A stretch of 64,000 bases of DNA from Candidatus Bathyarchaeota archaeon (GCA_963826715.1 CAWGYA010000008.1:160001-224000); one strand, 5' to 3'. Positions 29,352 through 40,228 are shown, counted from the first letter of the stretch. A program made the numbers and translations. The notes: generated by a model not told the origin, from the letters alone.

Positions 29352-29834
29352 ATGCAACAACAAAGCTTTAACATACGCAAATTCATTCCAGAGGACCTGC
29401 AAAGCGTTATGCAAATTAACCGCGTTTGCTTACCTGAAAACTACACAGATTTCTTCTTTGTGGATTTGCATCAACGATTTCCTGAAACCTTCATTGTTTC
29501 AGAGGAAGAAGGAAAAATCAGTGGTTACATAATGTGCCGCATTGAGGTGGGCTTATCTAACTTTGGCTTCGGTGGATTGGTACGCAAAGGACATGTAGTT
29601 TCAATTGCGGTGATGCCTCAGGCAAGACGGAAAGGAGTGGCTCAAGCCATCATCAATAAAGCGCTACAAGGTATGGAATATTACAAAGCTAAACAGGGCT
29701 TCCTCGAAGTCCGCGTAACAAACGATGTCGCGATTACGCTCTATAAGAAGCTAGGCTTCGAAATCACAAGAACAATTAGCGGTTATTATAGCGATGGCGA
29801 AGACGCTTACGTCATGACCAAAAAACTCGCATGA
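29352..29834 (+). CDS. rimI: N-terminal acetyltransferase (Ard1/RimI)
   Basis: CLPENY, GHVVSIAV, LEVRVTN, YYSDGEDA. Confidence 0.92.
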   Translation: MQQQSFNIRKFIPEDLQSVMQINRVCLPENYTDFFFVDLHQRFPETFIVSEEEGKISGYIMCRIEVGLSNFGFGGLVRKGHVVSIAVMPQARRKGVAQAIINKALQGMEYYKAKQGFLEVRVTNDVAITLYKKLGFEITRTISGYYSDGEDAYVMTKKLA

Positions 29835-30032
29835 AATGTTTTTTAGTAAAAAGCTGAAGTCACTAAACGCAAAGCAACTTTTCTGCTCAATCCCTAAAGT
29901 ATAGCTTAGACTTTGTACTGCTCAATAAGCAAATATCCATAATCCCAAACTCTTTATAGATTCATCCAAAACACAACATTATTAAAGTTGCCACAGAGTC
30001 GCTTTAACAAAGAACAGTATTGATGAACAGCT

Positions 30033-30473
30033 ATGATTAAAAGTAGAAAACGGATCGCCTTGATCGCACACGACCACAAAAAAGAAGATATGCTCCAGTG
30101 GGCAAAGTACAACTTATCAACACTGCGCAAACACGACCTATTTGCCACTGGCACAACAGGTAAACTTCTCGAAAAGGAATTAGAATTGCAAATTACGAAT
30201 ATGGAATCTGGACCATTGGGCGGCGACCTACAAATCGGCGCATGTATAGCAAACGGAAACATTGACTGTCTAATCTTTTTCTGGGATCCCCTTGAACCTC
30301 AACCTCATGACCCAGATGTAAAAGCTCTGCTAAGGGTAGCGGTGGTTTGGAACATTCCGGTAGCGTGTAACCGCACCACAGCGGATTTTATTATTTCATC
30401 GCCACTTATGTGTGAAGACTATGTACGCAAACTCCCAGACTACGAATGCTACCGCCAACGCTTAGAAAAATAA
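30033..30473 (+). CDS. mgsA: methylglyoxal synthase
   Basis: IALIAHD.KK, ATGTTG, SGPLGGD.QIGA, QPHDPDV. Confidence 0.96.
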   Translation: MIKSRKRIALIAHDHKKEDMLQWAKYNLSTLRKHDLFATGTTGKLLEKELELQITNMESGPLGGDLQIGACIANGNIDCLIFFWDPLEPQPHDPDVKALLRVAVVWNIPVACNRTTADFIISSPLMCEDYVRKLPDYECYRQRLEK

Positions 30474-30553
30474 AAAGAAAATAACAAGCCACAAGAAAAT
30501 ATTAAAACAAAAAATAGACAAGAGAGAATTTAAAATAAAAGATAAGGAAAAAT

Positions 30554-31417
30554 TTAAGCCGCTGGTTTGGCTTTTTCGACCGCTCCGTTTAGGCTCGTCA
30601 TTTCTGCGTTGGCTTTGCGGATGAGGTCGGCGATGGTTTCTTTTGTAGGTATGGCTGCACCGACTGATAGCGCGACCGCTTTTTGATGAGCGCGCTGTAG
30701 TAACGGTTTAATGGTGTCTTTGCTTGCATAACCTATCTCAAGTGCGAGCGCGAAGGCTTCTTGGTTGCTGGTTTCCACGCTTCTGCGGGTGGCTGCAACG
30801 TCAACTTTGAGTTGGTCACCTGTAATCATCATACCGTTGTCAAAAACTGCGCGCATGGAAATTCCCAGTTCCACTGCTTTTATTCCCAGTTTTGATAGTA
30901 CACCAGCTAATCGTTCGTTGATGGGTTCACCTCGACGAACAACTAATGTGTCTTTGCTAACCCAAACGCTACCGTTTTCAATTCTAGTTGGCAAGCCAAC
31001 TGCATTAAGTTGACTAATAACGGGTCCTGGAGGCTGTCCAGTATTGCTTGCCGGAATAACAACATCTTCTGCAGCTATATCGCCTGATTTTGCGGTTGTT
31101 TTGACTTTACCATGTTCTAGTAGAAGCGCAAGCTTGAAGGGGTTAAGGTCGGTAAAAAGGAAAACATTTGATCCCTCTAAGTATTCCTCAAGTTTCTTTA
31201 GCTCGGCATGATTCATTTCGTCGATGGCAATTTTGATAAGTGTGTTTTTAAGAACACGCAAGTAAACTTTGCCAGCCATGCTTTTCTTGAGTTCCTGTAG
31301 CTGTGAAGCGCGGACCTTACGTAAGCTGGCGATGCCGATTGATTTGTATTCTTTGAGTATATCTTTTATTGCTGCAACTTCGTTTGTTTTTTCATCTAAT
31401 ACTTGTTGGGATGGCAT
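30554..31417 (-). CDS. rplP0: 50S ribosomal protein uL10 (P0)
   Basis: KNTL, FTDLNPF, TGQPPGP, KLGIKAV. Confidence 0.95.
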   Translation of the reverse strand: MPSQQVLDEKTNEVAAIKDILKEYKSIGIASLRKVRASQLQELKKSMAGKVYLRVLKNTLIKIAIDEMNHAELKKLEEYLEGSNVFLFTDLNPFKLALLLEHGKVKTTAKSGDIAAEDVVIPASNTGQPPGPVISQLNAVGLPTRIENGSVWVSKDTLVVRRGEPINERLAGVLSKLGIKAVELGISMRAVFDNGMMITGDQLKVDVAATRRSVETSNQEAFALALEIGYASKDTIKPLLQRAHQKAVALSVGAAIPTKETIADLIRKANAEMTSLNGAVEKAKPAA

Positions 31418-31433
31418 GATACTTCTCTCGTGT

Positions 31434-32084
31434 TTATGGTTTAATTTTTACTGGTTGACCCATGCTGGTTTTGATGAAAACGTATCTTACGTTTTTAAGA
31501 CCCCGTTTGAGTTTTCCATCAAGCATACGCAGAACAACCATAGTGTTATCAACTAGATCTTCATCACTCATCTGCTGAGAACCAACAGGAACCTGAATAA
31601 TGGGCTGGTTTCGCATACGAACAATAACTGTTTTACGGTGCTTTGCAATCAACGCAGAAATGTCTGCATTAGGTGCAACTGGAACAGGCATTTTACCTCT
31701 TGGACCCAGGACTGGGCCTAAAATTCTACCGACAAGCGGCATAAGAGGTGCTTCTGAAATGAAGACATCGTAACTTGTTGCAAGCTTGCGCAGTTCCTTC
31801 TTTTTGCCGGAAAGCTCTTCTAAACCTGCACGTTCCACAACGATATCAGCCTGAGAATTTTTAGCTTTTAAGGCAAACTCGCCCGAAGCAATAACACAAA
31901 CGCGGTTTGGTTTTCCCGTATCATGTGGAAGTTCAACAACCTCTTGGATTTTCCCCTCAGGGGCTTTCATGTCAATTTCCATTATATCAAGTATTAACTC
32001 TACAGTCTGGTTGAACTTCTTCTCTCCAGCTTGAGATTTTGCCTGTTTTATTGCTTCAGATATGGTCTTGGTGTCTAGGGGCAT
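31434..32084 (-). CDS. rpl1: 50S ribosomal protein uL1
   Basis: KFNQTVEL, LGPVLGPRGKMP, KTSMG. Confidence 0.96.
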   Translation of the reverse strand: MPLDTKTISEAIKQAKSQAGEKKFNQTVELILDIMEIDMKAPEGKIQEVVELPHDTGKPNRVCVIASGEFALKAKNSQADIVVERAGLEELSGKKKELRKLATSYDVFISEAPLMPLVGRILGPVLGPRGKMPVPVAPNADISALIAKHRKTVIVRMRNQPIIQVPVGSQQMSDEDLVDNTMVVLRMLDGKLKRGLKNVRYVFIKTSMGQPVKIKP

Positions 32085-32142
32085 TTTTAAGCCTCGTGCC
32101 TGTAGGGGATAAGAAACCCATTATAAAAATATTCGCCCAACA

Positions 32143-32631
32143 TTAGTCGCTACCAAATAGGTTATCATAGGTGCCAGCATCGATTTCGCTCTGGACTTCT
32201 CGGGGGTCTTTGCCTTCAACGGTAACGCCTAAACTCACACATGTTCCTAACAACTCTTTGGTTGCATCCTTTATAGTTAAAGCCAACAGTTGGGGCGCCT
32301 TGATTTTAGCGATTTTGAGAATTTGATCCATGGTCAGATCGCCTACTTTCACACTATTAGGAGTGCCTGAGCCTTTCTCAATTTTTAGTTCGGCAACAAT
32401 GAGCGCGGACGCAGTGGGGGTACCCACACTAACCTCAAATGTTTTGTCTTCAGTGTCAACACTAATCTTTACAGGAACCTTCATTCCAGCATATTCTTTG
32501 GTGACTTCATTGATTTTGTTGACTATAGCAACGATGTTGACGCCTAATGGACCCAAAGCTGGACCCAGAGGTGGACCGGCATTGGCTTGTCCGCCGCTCA
32601 CGATTAATTCTACAACTTTCTTTTCGGGCAT
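32143..32631 (-). CDS. rpl11: 50S ribosomal protein uL11
   Basis: [18 protein letters not shown]. Confidence 0.97.
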   Translation of the reverse strand: MPEKKVVELIVSGGQANAGPPLGPALGPLGVNIVAIVNKINEVTKEYAGMKVPVKISVDTEDKTFEVSVGTPTASALIVAELKIEKGSGTPNSVKVGDLTMDQILKIAKIKAPQLLALTIKDATKELLGTCVSLGVTVEGKDPREVQSEIDAGTYDNLFGSD

Positions 32632-32645
32632 TCTTTATTTTCTCC

Positions 32646-33119
32646 TTATGCTTTTGCTTTTTCTACAAGTTTTACATAGTCTGAATGTACTGTTATTGGC
32701 AAAGTGAAGGTTGCTTCCAACAACTCCAAGGTAACTTCGCCTTTGGATTTGTCAAGTCTTGTAATTTTAGCTCGCATACCCTTGAAGGGACCACCAGTAA
32801 TCTCGACAACATCATCTTCACTAAGGTCCTCCATGACGGGTTTGCGAACGATGTAGCGTTCGATTTCGTTAAAGCTAATAAGTCCAGGAATTCGAGAGCG
32901 GACATGCCTAACGCCTGAGATAGCTTCCTCTACAAGGTGAGGTCCATCTGTTTCGATGAAAACGTAGCCTTTTAGTGTATCGGGTACTAGAAGAGACTTG
33001 ATAGGGATATGGTTCATTTCCACTTTTGATCCGATAAGCCGCGCTACGTTGCGCTCTTGCCCAGTGGTTGTTTTTACAGCGAAAATTTTAACGCGTGATT
33101 GCTCTTCTTTTTCACCCAT
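32646..33119 (-). CDS. spt5: transcription elongation factor Spt5/NusG
   Basis: TTGQERNVA, KGYVFIE, KOW motif GGPFKG. Confidence 0.96.
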   Translation of the reverse strand: MGEKEEQSRVKIFAVKTTTGQERNVARLIGSKVEMNHIPIKSLLVPDTLKGYVFIETDGPHLVEEAISGVRHVRSRIPGLISFNEIERYIVRKPVMEDLSEDDVVEITGGPFKGMRAKITRLDKSKGEVTLELLEATFTLPITVHSDYVKLVEKAKA

Positions 33120-33133
33120 AAACTTTTTCCCTT

Positions 33134-33322
33134 CTAACCTGTTACTGTATTGGTTGCTCCACCTAAAGCGAAAGATAACAGTTTAATTATAAAGCCAATT
33201 AAACCGATTGCGCCGATGCCCAAAAGGCTGATTTTTACGGATAACCAAAGTTCTTCTCGGTCTGGTTTAACGGCTAGTTTTAATGTCCTAGCCGCCTGTG
33301 TTAACCAAGATTTTATACCCAT
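33134..33322 (-). CDS. secE: protein translocase SecE/Sec61 gamma
   Basis: LAVKPDREE...GLIGFII; upstream of spt5. Confidence 0.93.
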   Translation of the reverse strand: MGIKSWLTQAARTLKLAVKPDREELWLSVKISLLGIGAIGLIGFIIKLLSFALGGATNTVTG

Positions 33323-33440
33323 ATTTATCGCACTCTCAAGATTTCATCAGCTATAATAAACATTACTGTGATGTTTAGGTTTAAAAAACTACGCTGCCCA
33401 GACTTTTAAACGTTCCCAAAGACTATTTCGGATGGTTCGC

Positions 33441-34280
33441 CTAAACTTTCCGGTATGGCAACCCCACGGTTTCCAAGGCCGATAGTAGATCAGGTTTATC
33501 TTCGCTTTTTATTCCTTTCCAATCCAAAAGAACCAATGGAACACGCCCGCAAGTTTTCACGATGCACTGGCGCAGCATGTCCTCGTCAAGTTGGGAAACG
33601 GCGTATTTGGGTACAATGTGCCCAAATACAGCTTGTCCCATCAATGCCATCAAAGTGAACTTGTGGTTGTAATGAGTTCCACCAATACCTAAATTCGCCT
33701 CCGCTCCACTACACCTAAAATTTGCTACAGCCGCCATTGCTGAATGCGCTACAGCCTCAGCAGCCTTTACATCACTCCATTGTACCTCGGAGCTACCCAA
33801 CTCTACAAACATGGTTGGAACATCTAAACTCGGACCATGATGAGTGCACTCGTAAGACACCTCGTAATTAAGGTTCATGGCTTCTTTGCAGCGGAAAAGC
33901 TCTTGCAGAGCAATCTGCATCGAGTCAGCTGGGGCAACAGCAAGAGTTTTGGGTAAACCACCGAGCTCGGCTTTCCCAAAGTTTCCGGGAGCATGAACTG
34001 AGAGTGTGGGTTTGCCACTTTGGCTACTATGACGAGAGAGAAAAACGATTAAGTCTGCGCTAGGAAAGTCAACTTGAAGATGCTGGGCGTAAACAGATTC
34101 TTCATTGAGTGTAATGAAGGTGATTTGTTGCCCGTTAATTTCGGCATTGAAAATTGGGTTTTCTTGGTAAGTTTGGCATGTTTTTATGAACGGATATTGA
34201 GCAAGTATAGCTTTAGCTATGTTTAAACCTGCAACATCGAGATTTGAGTGAACAAGCAATATCAAATTTAACGCACTCAA
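33441..34280 (-). CDS. dtdA: D-aminoacyl-tRNA deacylase (DTD2/GEK1)
   Basis: SRHSS, HAPGN, ECTHHGP, FVELGS, GGTHY. Confidence 0.93.
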   Translation of the reverse strand: MSALNLILLVHSNLDVAGLNIAKAILAQYPFIKTCQTYQENPIFNAEINGQQITFITLNEESVYAQHLQVDFPSADLIVFLSRHSSQSGKPTLSVHAPGNFGKAELGGLPKTLAVAPADSMQIALQELFRCKEAMNLNYEVSYECTHHGPSLDVPTMFVELGSSEVQWSDVKAAEAVAHSAMAAVANFRCSGAEANLGIGGTHYNHKFTLMALMGQAVFGHIVPKYAVSQLDEDMLRQCIVKTCGRVPLVLLDWKGIKSEDKPDLLSALETVGLPYRKV

Positions 34281-34390
34281 TTAATTCTATACGTAAGATC
34301 TAAAAAGTTGTTCGGATCGTAACGGCAAAAGTAAGGTGTCCATAAAGCTTATTATTGAATGCTCGCTTGAGCCTACTGAAGGCGAAAAAG

Positions 34391-35302
34391 ATGCATTTGC
34401 TGAACTTCGGTGAACTTTCAGGTAAAGATCTCTCAGACCTTGTTGATTTGGGATTGGAAACTAAGAAGAACCCCAAAAAATACCTGAAAACTTTCGAGGG
34501 AAAATCGGCAGCCCTGATTTTCCAGAAAACCAGCACTCGGACCCGCGTTTCTTTCGAAGTCGCAATGACTCAACTAGGCGGGCATGCCCTATTCATTGAT
34601 TGGCGAACCACCAACTTCACGCTTGCAGAGATATCTGATGAAATTGCGTATCTTTCACGCAATGTTGACTGCATCATGGCACGGTTGCTTTGCAACTCAG
34701 ACTTGCAGAAAATGGCGATAGCTTCCTGCGTGCCAGTTATCAACGGTTGTGATGAAAAATATCATCCAAGTCAGGCTTTAGCGGACCTAATTACTATCAA
34801 AGAGAAACATGGTAAACTAAAAGGGGCTAAACTTGTTTACATCGGTGTGCATAACAACGTCACTAACAGCCTAATTGAGAGCTGCAGCAAAACAGGTGTG
34901 GAATTAACTACTGTTACACCGATCTTTAACGAAGCAGCAAGAGATTCCAAGTTACTCTCTGAAGCTAAGAAGACTGGACTTTGGAAGTCAACTCTAGACA
35001 TAAAAGAAGCAATTGCTGATGCCGACTTTGTTTACACTGACACATGGATTGACATGGAATTCTTCACTGATCCAAAATTCGCCGATGAAAAAGAAAAACG
35101 TCTTAAGATCATGGCACCCTACCAAATTAACAATGACCTACTCAAAGACCGCAACGCTTACATTATGCATGATATGCCCATCCATCGAGGCTACGAAATC
35201 AGCGCAGAAGCCATAAACAACCCTAAATCTGTAATCTACCTTCAGGCAGAAAACAGGCTCTACTCGGCAAAAGCGATTTTTCTAAAGTTAATGCATACTT
35301 AA
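34391..35302 (+). CDS. argF: ornithine carbamoyltransferase
   Basis: STRTRVSFE, HPSQALAD, YTDTW, HDMP, QAENR. Confidence 0.9.
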   Translation: MHLLNFGELSGKDLSDLVDLGLETKKNPKKYLKTFEGKSAALIFQKTSTRTRVSFEVAMTQLGGHALFIDWRTTNFTLAEISDEIAYLSRNVDCIMARLLCNSDLQKMAIASCVPVINGCDEKYHPSQALADLITIKEKHGKLKGAKLVYIGVHNNVTNSLIESCSKTGVELTTVTPIFNEAARDSKLLSEAKKTGLWKSTLDIKEAIADADFVYTDTWIDMEFFTDPKFADEKEKRLKIMAPYQINNDLLKDRNAYIMHDMPIHRGYEISAEAINNPKSVIYLQAENRLYSAKAIFLKLMHT

Positions 35303-35367
35303 TTTAGCTTCAAACACCCTTACTTTTCATTATACAATTTGAGTCTATAAACCCTGGAAAGTCATAG

Positions 35368-35844
35368 TTATTTTCTGTTGGGCTCCCAACGATGCTTAGA
35401 GCCTGAACCTCGCGGTTTCTCTCCCTGAAAACCACAGCCATAACATTTTCCATTATGCACTGAAACGACGTCGCCACAATTTGGGCAATAATATCTTTCA
35501 GCTTGACTAAATAGGAATGCAGCTATTCCTTTTTCTTTGATTACTTTTTGGTTTTCAACCATACTCATCCCGTAGCGTGAACGGTAATATGCATCTAATT
35601 TAGTTAAATGCTCACAGGGCATATCGGCGCATTCAAAACAGAAGCAAATTTGATTTTTTCTTAGTTTCTCACAGTCTCTTTTTATGAAAGCACAGTTTTT
35701 GTTCCTTACCCGGCAGCCTGTGCAATGGTACACTTTTCCTTTCTGGTATGGTATACCCCTTGAGTAGGCAAGATAGGCTTTGCATATTCCGCAGTTCATC
35801 CCGCAGGGCGCAACTAAATCCACCGAAAACTTTGAGTCAGCCAT
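35368..35844 (-). CDS. DUF3795-like Cys-rich protein
   Basis: APCGMNCGIC...CTGC...CFEC..MPC. Confidence 0.8.
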   Translation of the reverse strand: MADSKFSVDLVAPCGMNCGICKAYLAYSRGIPYQKGKVYHCTGCRVRNKNCAFIKRDCEKLRKNQICFCFECADMPCEHLTKLDAYYRSRYGMSMVENQKVIKEKGIAAFLFSQAERYYCPNCGDVVSVHNGKCYGCGFQGEKPRGSGSKHRWEPNRK

Positions 35845-35986
35845 GATTATTATTTGCTCTTGATATAGTTAATTACTTTGCCTTCAAAAGTGTTTGAAAT
35901 CTGTGTTTTTAGTTTTATGTTCCGTTATCGAATAAAAAATAAGAATATTTTTGAGGCACAACTCTATACTTACATCTAGAATTTGT

Positions 35987-37216
35987 ATGACTGATAATGA
36001 ACCTCTAGTTTTATCCCCAAATGTTTTTTGGGTGGGAGTCAACGACACAGAAATTCCTCTTTTTGAAGGACTCTGGGATATTCCTGAAGGGGTCTCCTAT
36101 AACTCTTATTTAGTTAAGGGCTCTGAGAAAACTGCTCTCATCGACTGTGTTCACGAAAGAAAAGCCCAAGAGCACTTCCAAAAAATCAATCAAATAACTG
36201 AAATCTCAAAAATAGACTACTTAATCATCAACCACATGGAACCAGACCATACAAGCGCAGTGCCAGAGTTTCTCAAGTTGGCGCCCAACGCCAAAGTAGT
36301 CTATACTCCAATCGCTCAAAGTATCTTCAAAAAATTTTATAAAATCGACCCCTCCGCAATTCTCACCAAAGGAGACGACATGACCCTCTCTTTAGGCGGA
36401 AAAACACTTCGGTTTATCCAAACGCCCTGGCTCCATTGGCCCGAAACCATGAGCACATACGTCCTTGAAGATAAGATTCTGTTTTGCTGCGACGCTTTTG
36501 GAGCATTCAACAAGCTACCCAAGGGCGCCATATTGGAATCAGAGATGGACGTCGATAAGCAGGATATCTGTTCCTGTTCACAGAAGTATTTTGCCTCAGT
36601 GTTCAACGGCCAACGCGAATGGGTTCTAAAAGCAATAGAAAAAATTGACAAAATAAACTTAGAAATCAACGTTTTAGCACCAAGTCACGGTCCAGTCTTC
36701 AACCAAACTTCAAAACAAAAGCTAACCGATTGGACAAACTGGAGCCGGGAAATCTACAAAAAAACCGTAGTAGTGGTTTACGGCTCAATGTATGGAATGA
36801 CGGCACAATGCTTAGACGCTATTACAAAAGGCGTCAATGAAGCTGGAGGCAAAACTCAAACTTTTGATCTCTCAAAAGCAAAATCCGTGGACGCTTTAAC
36901 TGCCTTAGTTGAGGCCCCAGCGTTAATCATCGGTTCATCAACCTATGAGCACGAAATTTTCCCCAAAGTAGCCGATTTCATAAACATGCTGAGAGTAAAA
37001 AGGTTCTCAAACCGAATTGCAGTAACTTTCGGAAGTTTTGGCTGGAGCGGAGAAGCAACAAGAAAAATCGCTGCAGACTTAACAGCTTTAGGTTTCGAAT
37101 TGGCTGGACTACCACTTCCAATTTATGGAAACCCCACAGAGGAAGACTTAACGAAAGTTCAGCAACTTGCTAAAACCGCTACAGAGAAAGCTTTCCAAAA
37201 ATATGATGTAAAATAA
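35987..37216 (+). CDS. fprA: flavodiiron protein (FprA)
   Basis: YNSYL, NHMEPDH, LHWPE, CDAFG, PSHG, flavodoxin YGSMYG and GSFGWSG. Confidence 0.94.
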   Translation: MTDNEPLVLSPNVFWVGVNDTEIPLFEGLWDIPEGVSYNSYLVKGSEKTALIDCVHERKAQEHFQKINQITEISKIDYLIINHMEPDHTSAVPEFLKLAPNAKVVYTPIAQSIFKKFYKIDPSAILTKGDDMTLSLGGKTLRFIQTPWLHWPETMSTYVLEDKILFCCDAFGAFNKLPKGAILESEMDVDKQDICSCSQKYFASVFNGQREWVLKAIEKIDKINLEINVLAPSHGPVFNQTSKQKLTDWTNWSREIYKKTVVVVYGSMYGMTAQCLDAITKGVNEAGGKTQTFDLSKAKSVDALTALVEAPALIIGSSTYEHEIFPKVADFINMLRVKRFSNRIAVTFGSFGWSGEATRKIAADLTALGFELAGLPLPIYGNPTEEDLTKVQQLAKTATEKAFQKYDVK

Positions 37217-37404
37217 CAAAACCCAACGAAGACTACATTAAAAGTACAATTCTACAGATTAGATTGTGCTTCGGAGTATTAATCACTATTTGCCTACATA
37301 ATTCTAAAATTAGTGTTGGAAAATCCCTGATAATTTTTTACCTCTTGTTGGTTACTGTTAATATAGAGGGTCTTAATTAATTTAATTAGCTGAAGATTCA
37401 GCTA

Positions 37405-38330
37405 ATGGGTTTGATAGAAACTGAAAATTTAACAAAAAAGTTCACTGATTTAACAGCCGTAGATAACGTTACCCTACGAGTTAATGACGGAGAAGTTTTT
37501 GGCTTTCTTGGACCGAATGGCGCAGGAAAAACCACTACTATTAGGATGCTTTGTTGCCTAATTTCAAAAACAAGTGGAAGCGCCACAATAGGCGGGTATG
37601 AAATCGGCAATAAAGAGGGTTCTTTAAAGATACGTAAAATGATTGGGTTGGTTCCTGATAATGTCGGGCTATCTGAACATCTAACCGCTTACGATAACCT
37701 AGACTTTTATGGAAAAATATATGATTGCTCGGAATCTCAAAGGAAAGAAAGCATTAAACGGTTCCTTGAGATGTTGGGTCTTTGGGAAAAGAGGAATGCT
37801 TTGGCAGGAACCTTTTCAAAGGTATATGCAAAAGTTAGCCTATTGTAGCGTGCTCTTATTCATGTTCCAAAGTTTTAATTTTGGATGAGCCGACGGCGAA
37901 CTTGGATCCTGAATCTGCGAAGACAGTTAGGGATTTTATTCTTGAATTGAAAAAGCAGAAGAAAACTATTTTTCTAAACACTCATAACCTTGATGAGGCA
38001 CAACGGATTTGTGATAAAATAGGAATACTCAACACCAAGCTCCGTGTGGTAGGAACCCCAGAAGACCTTGAAGAGGCTGTTAAGGGTAAGAAAACCGTTA
38101 TCTCATTAGAACAAGTTAACGAAAAAATTCTAACTGCTTTGAAAAAACTGTCACTTAAGAATTTGACTATTGAGGGAAATAAGGTATCGTTTGATGTGTC
38201 AGACCCAGATAAGGAGAATTGGGGTGCTGTTGAAGCTTTGGTTTTAGCGGGTGGTCATGTTAACACAGTTAATGTTGTTGGTTCCTCTTTAGAGGATGTA
38301 TATTTGAAGCTTGTAAGGGAGTCAGCATGA
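37405..38330 (+). pseudogene. ABC transporter ATP-binding subunit, frameshifted
   Basis: GPNGAGKTT in one frame and LDEPT in another; signature region near 37815-37880 is broken. Confidence 0.85.
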
Positions 38331-39316
38331 GATCATCTAAAGCGTGGATTGTAGCAGCTATGGACTTCAAAATATTTAGGCGCGTAAAAAACGTTTGGTA
38401 TTCAATCATCGTCTTCCCCGTTATCATCTCGGTTCTGTTTCCGGTGATACTGGAGTATTTAGCATTAAGGGGGAGTCCTGGACTCTCAGCCCCTAGTGTG
38501 CTTCCAAATTTGCTTAACTCCTTTTCCTTCTTTTTAGTTATAGGTGCAGCATACGTTCCCTTGGGAATTGCCTCCTACAGTATAGTGGGGGAGAAGGTGG
38601 AGAAGAGTCTGGAACCGCTTCTAGCTACGCCCCTTACTGACGGAGAGATCTTGCTGGGAAAAGCCATTTCCGCAGTTATTCCAACTTTAGTGGCAATGTG
38701 TGCTGCTGCGGTAGTTTTCATGTTGGGTGTTGATGGGGTTACTTTCAATACTCTTGGCTACTATTATTTTCCAAACTGGAACATCGCCACTTTGCTGTTA
38801 GTTCTGATGCCAGTCGCCATTGTCATGAGTGTTCTGTTCAGCGTCATCGTTTCATCAAAAGTTAATGATGTACGCAGTGCTAACAGTTTTGGAATTTTTA
38901 TTCTCTTCCCCCTCCTTGGCACATATTTTGCCAGCGAGTTAGGCATAATAACTCTTGACGTAAACGGTCTGCTTATGATCTCAGGTATACTTTTAGCGGT
39001 TGATGCGGCGCTGTTCTATGTTAGCACAGCAACTTTCCGAAGGGAGGAAATACCAACCAAAGGAAGTAGCAAATATGCAAAAGAAGAGGGCGGAGGTGGA
39101 ACAGTGGACTGGAGTAAATACTACCAAACCAACAAGGGGAGACTCCTCGGAATTGGAGGAATACTAATTCTGGTAGGCCTTTTTCTCTACTTTGGGAGAG
39201 GAAATGACGCACGTGTGCTCATCTTACCCGCAGTTGGAATAGTATTGTTCATTGCCGGAGTCATTTATAAGCCACACCAGAAAACGACAGAAAATATCGC
39301 CAGTGAGAGATCGTAG
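38327..39316 (+). CDS. ABC-2 permease, apparently fused to a downstream small membrane ORF
   Basis: IVGEKVEKSLEPLLATPL, ILLGK; internal GGAGG RBS and GTG at 39104. Confidence 0.8.
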   Translation: MRSSKAWIVAAMDFKIFRRVKNVWYSIIVFPVIISVLFPVILEYLALRGSPGLSAPSVLPNLLNSFSFFLVIGAAYVPLGIASYSIVGEKVEKSLEPLLATPLTDGEILLGKAISAVIPTLVAMCAAAVVFMLGVDGVTFNTLGYYYFPNWNIATLLLVLMPVAIVMSVLFSVIVSSKVNDVRSANSFGIFILFPLLGTYFASELGIITLDVNGLLMISGILLAVDAALFYVSTATFRREEIPTKGSSKYAKEEGGGGTVDWSKYYQTNKGRLLGIGGILILVGLFLYFGRGNDARVLILPAVGIVLFIAGVIYKPHQKTTENIASERS

Positions 39317-39463
39317 GTAGAATTTTCAACTCAATGGGCAGCTTTCAGTCAACCCCTTTTAATTTACAAGTTTAATGATGTTTGAACATTAAATCAGCTT
39401 GCGCTCGAAAATTCACTGATAAGAATTGGATTTATAGGATACTTGCTGATCTTGTTGTTGTCG

Positions 39464-40228
39464 CTATGTTATATTTTCAATGTCTAATGTAGCGATGTAT
39501 TCCAGATTTTTAGGCGAATTCTTATTTCTCGAACTATCAAAAACAAATTTCGGTTTCAAATTATGATGTTCTGCCGCAAGTTGCAAATGACAAAGAGCTA
39601 TACCCATATTGACAGGATAGTAACTACCGCCAGCGATAGCTCTAAGAAAGCTAGACTTAGACGAATAAGCATGAATTGATTTCTTGTTGCCAGTAAAATA
39701 CCAGTTTTGCAAGTTTACAGCAGATGGAGCAAGACGAACTGGTTCTAACAATTCATTGATATTCTCAAGATCTGTGATATCAGAAAGGGATTTTCTTTTA
39801 AACTCCTCAACACTGGTTCTATATAGTGTTTCCTTTGATTTTCCAAACGACATCAAAACAACGAATTCAAGATTTGAAGACTCCGTAACCTCTTTGGTTG
39901 GTTGCGGCAGTCCCAACCAGCAACTGCCTAATCCAATAGCTGAAAAATAGAGGTCCATTTGTTGAAGCATATACCCTACGTTGACTTTATAATTGTCTTT
40001 AGTTTCCGAGAAAGCTGCAATATAATGTGGAGCATTAATTCTGAGTTTTCTTGTTACCTGAGTTGGCGAAATTATCTTGAACTCTGTTTTGATTCCAGTC
40101 AATATTGGCTTTAAAGAGTCCAAGATATCTGAAAGCGGTTTTAGGAAGTTTTGGTCAATTGGAGCAGGATCATATTTTCTGATTGACTTACGTTTGAAAA
40201 TCGCGTCATAAAGTTTATCCGCATTCAT
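39464..40228 (-). CDS. nitroreductase family protein
   Basis: KRKSIRKY, GSCWLG, LAPSAVNLQNW. Confidence 0.88.
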   Translation of the reverse strand: MNADKLYDAIFKRKSIRKYDPAPIDQNFLKPLSDILDSLKPILTGIKTEFKIISPTQVTRKLRINAPHYIAAFSETKDNYKVNVGYMLQQMDLYFSAIGLGSCWLGLPQPTKEVTESSNLEFVVLMSFGKSKETLYRTSVEEFKRKSLSDITDLENINELLEPVRLAPSAVNLQNWYFTGNKKSIHAYSSKSSFLRAIAGGSYYPVNMGIALCHLQLAAEHHNLKPKFVFDSSRNKNSPKNLEYIATLDIENIT

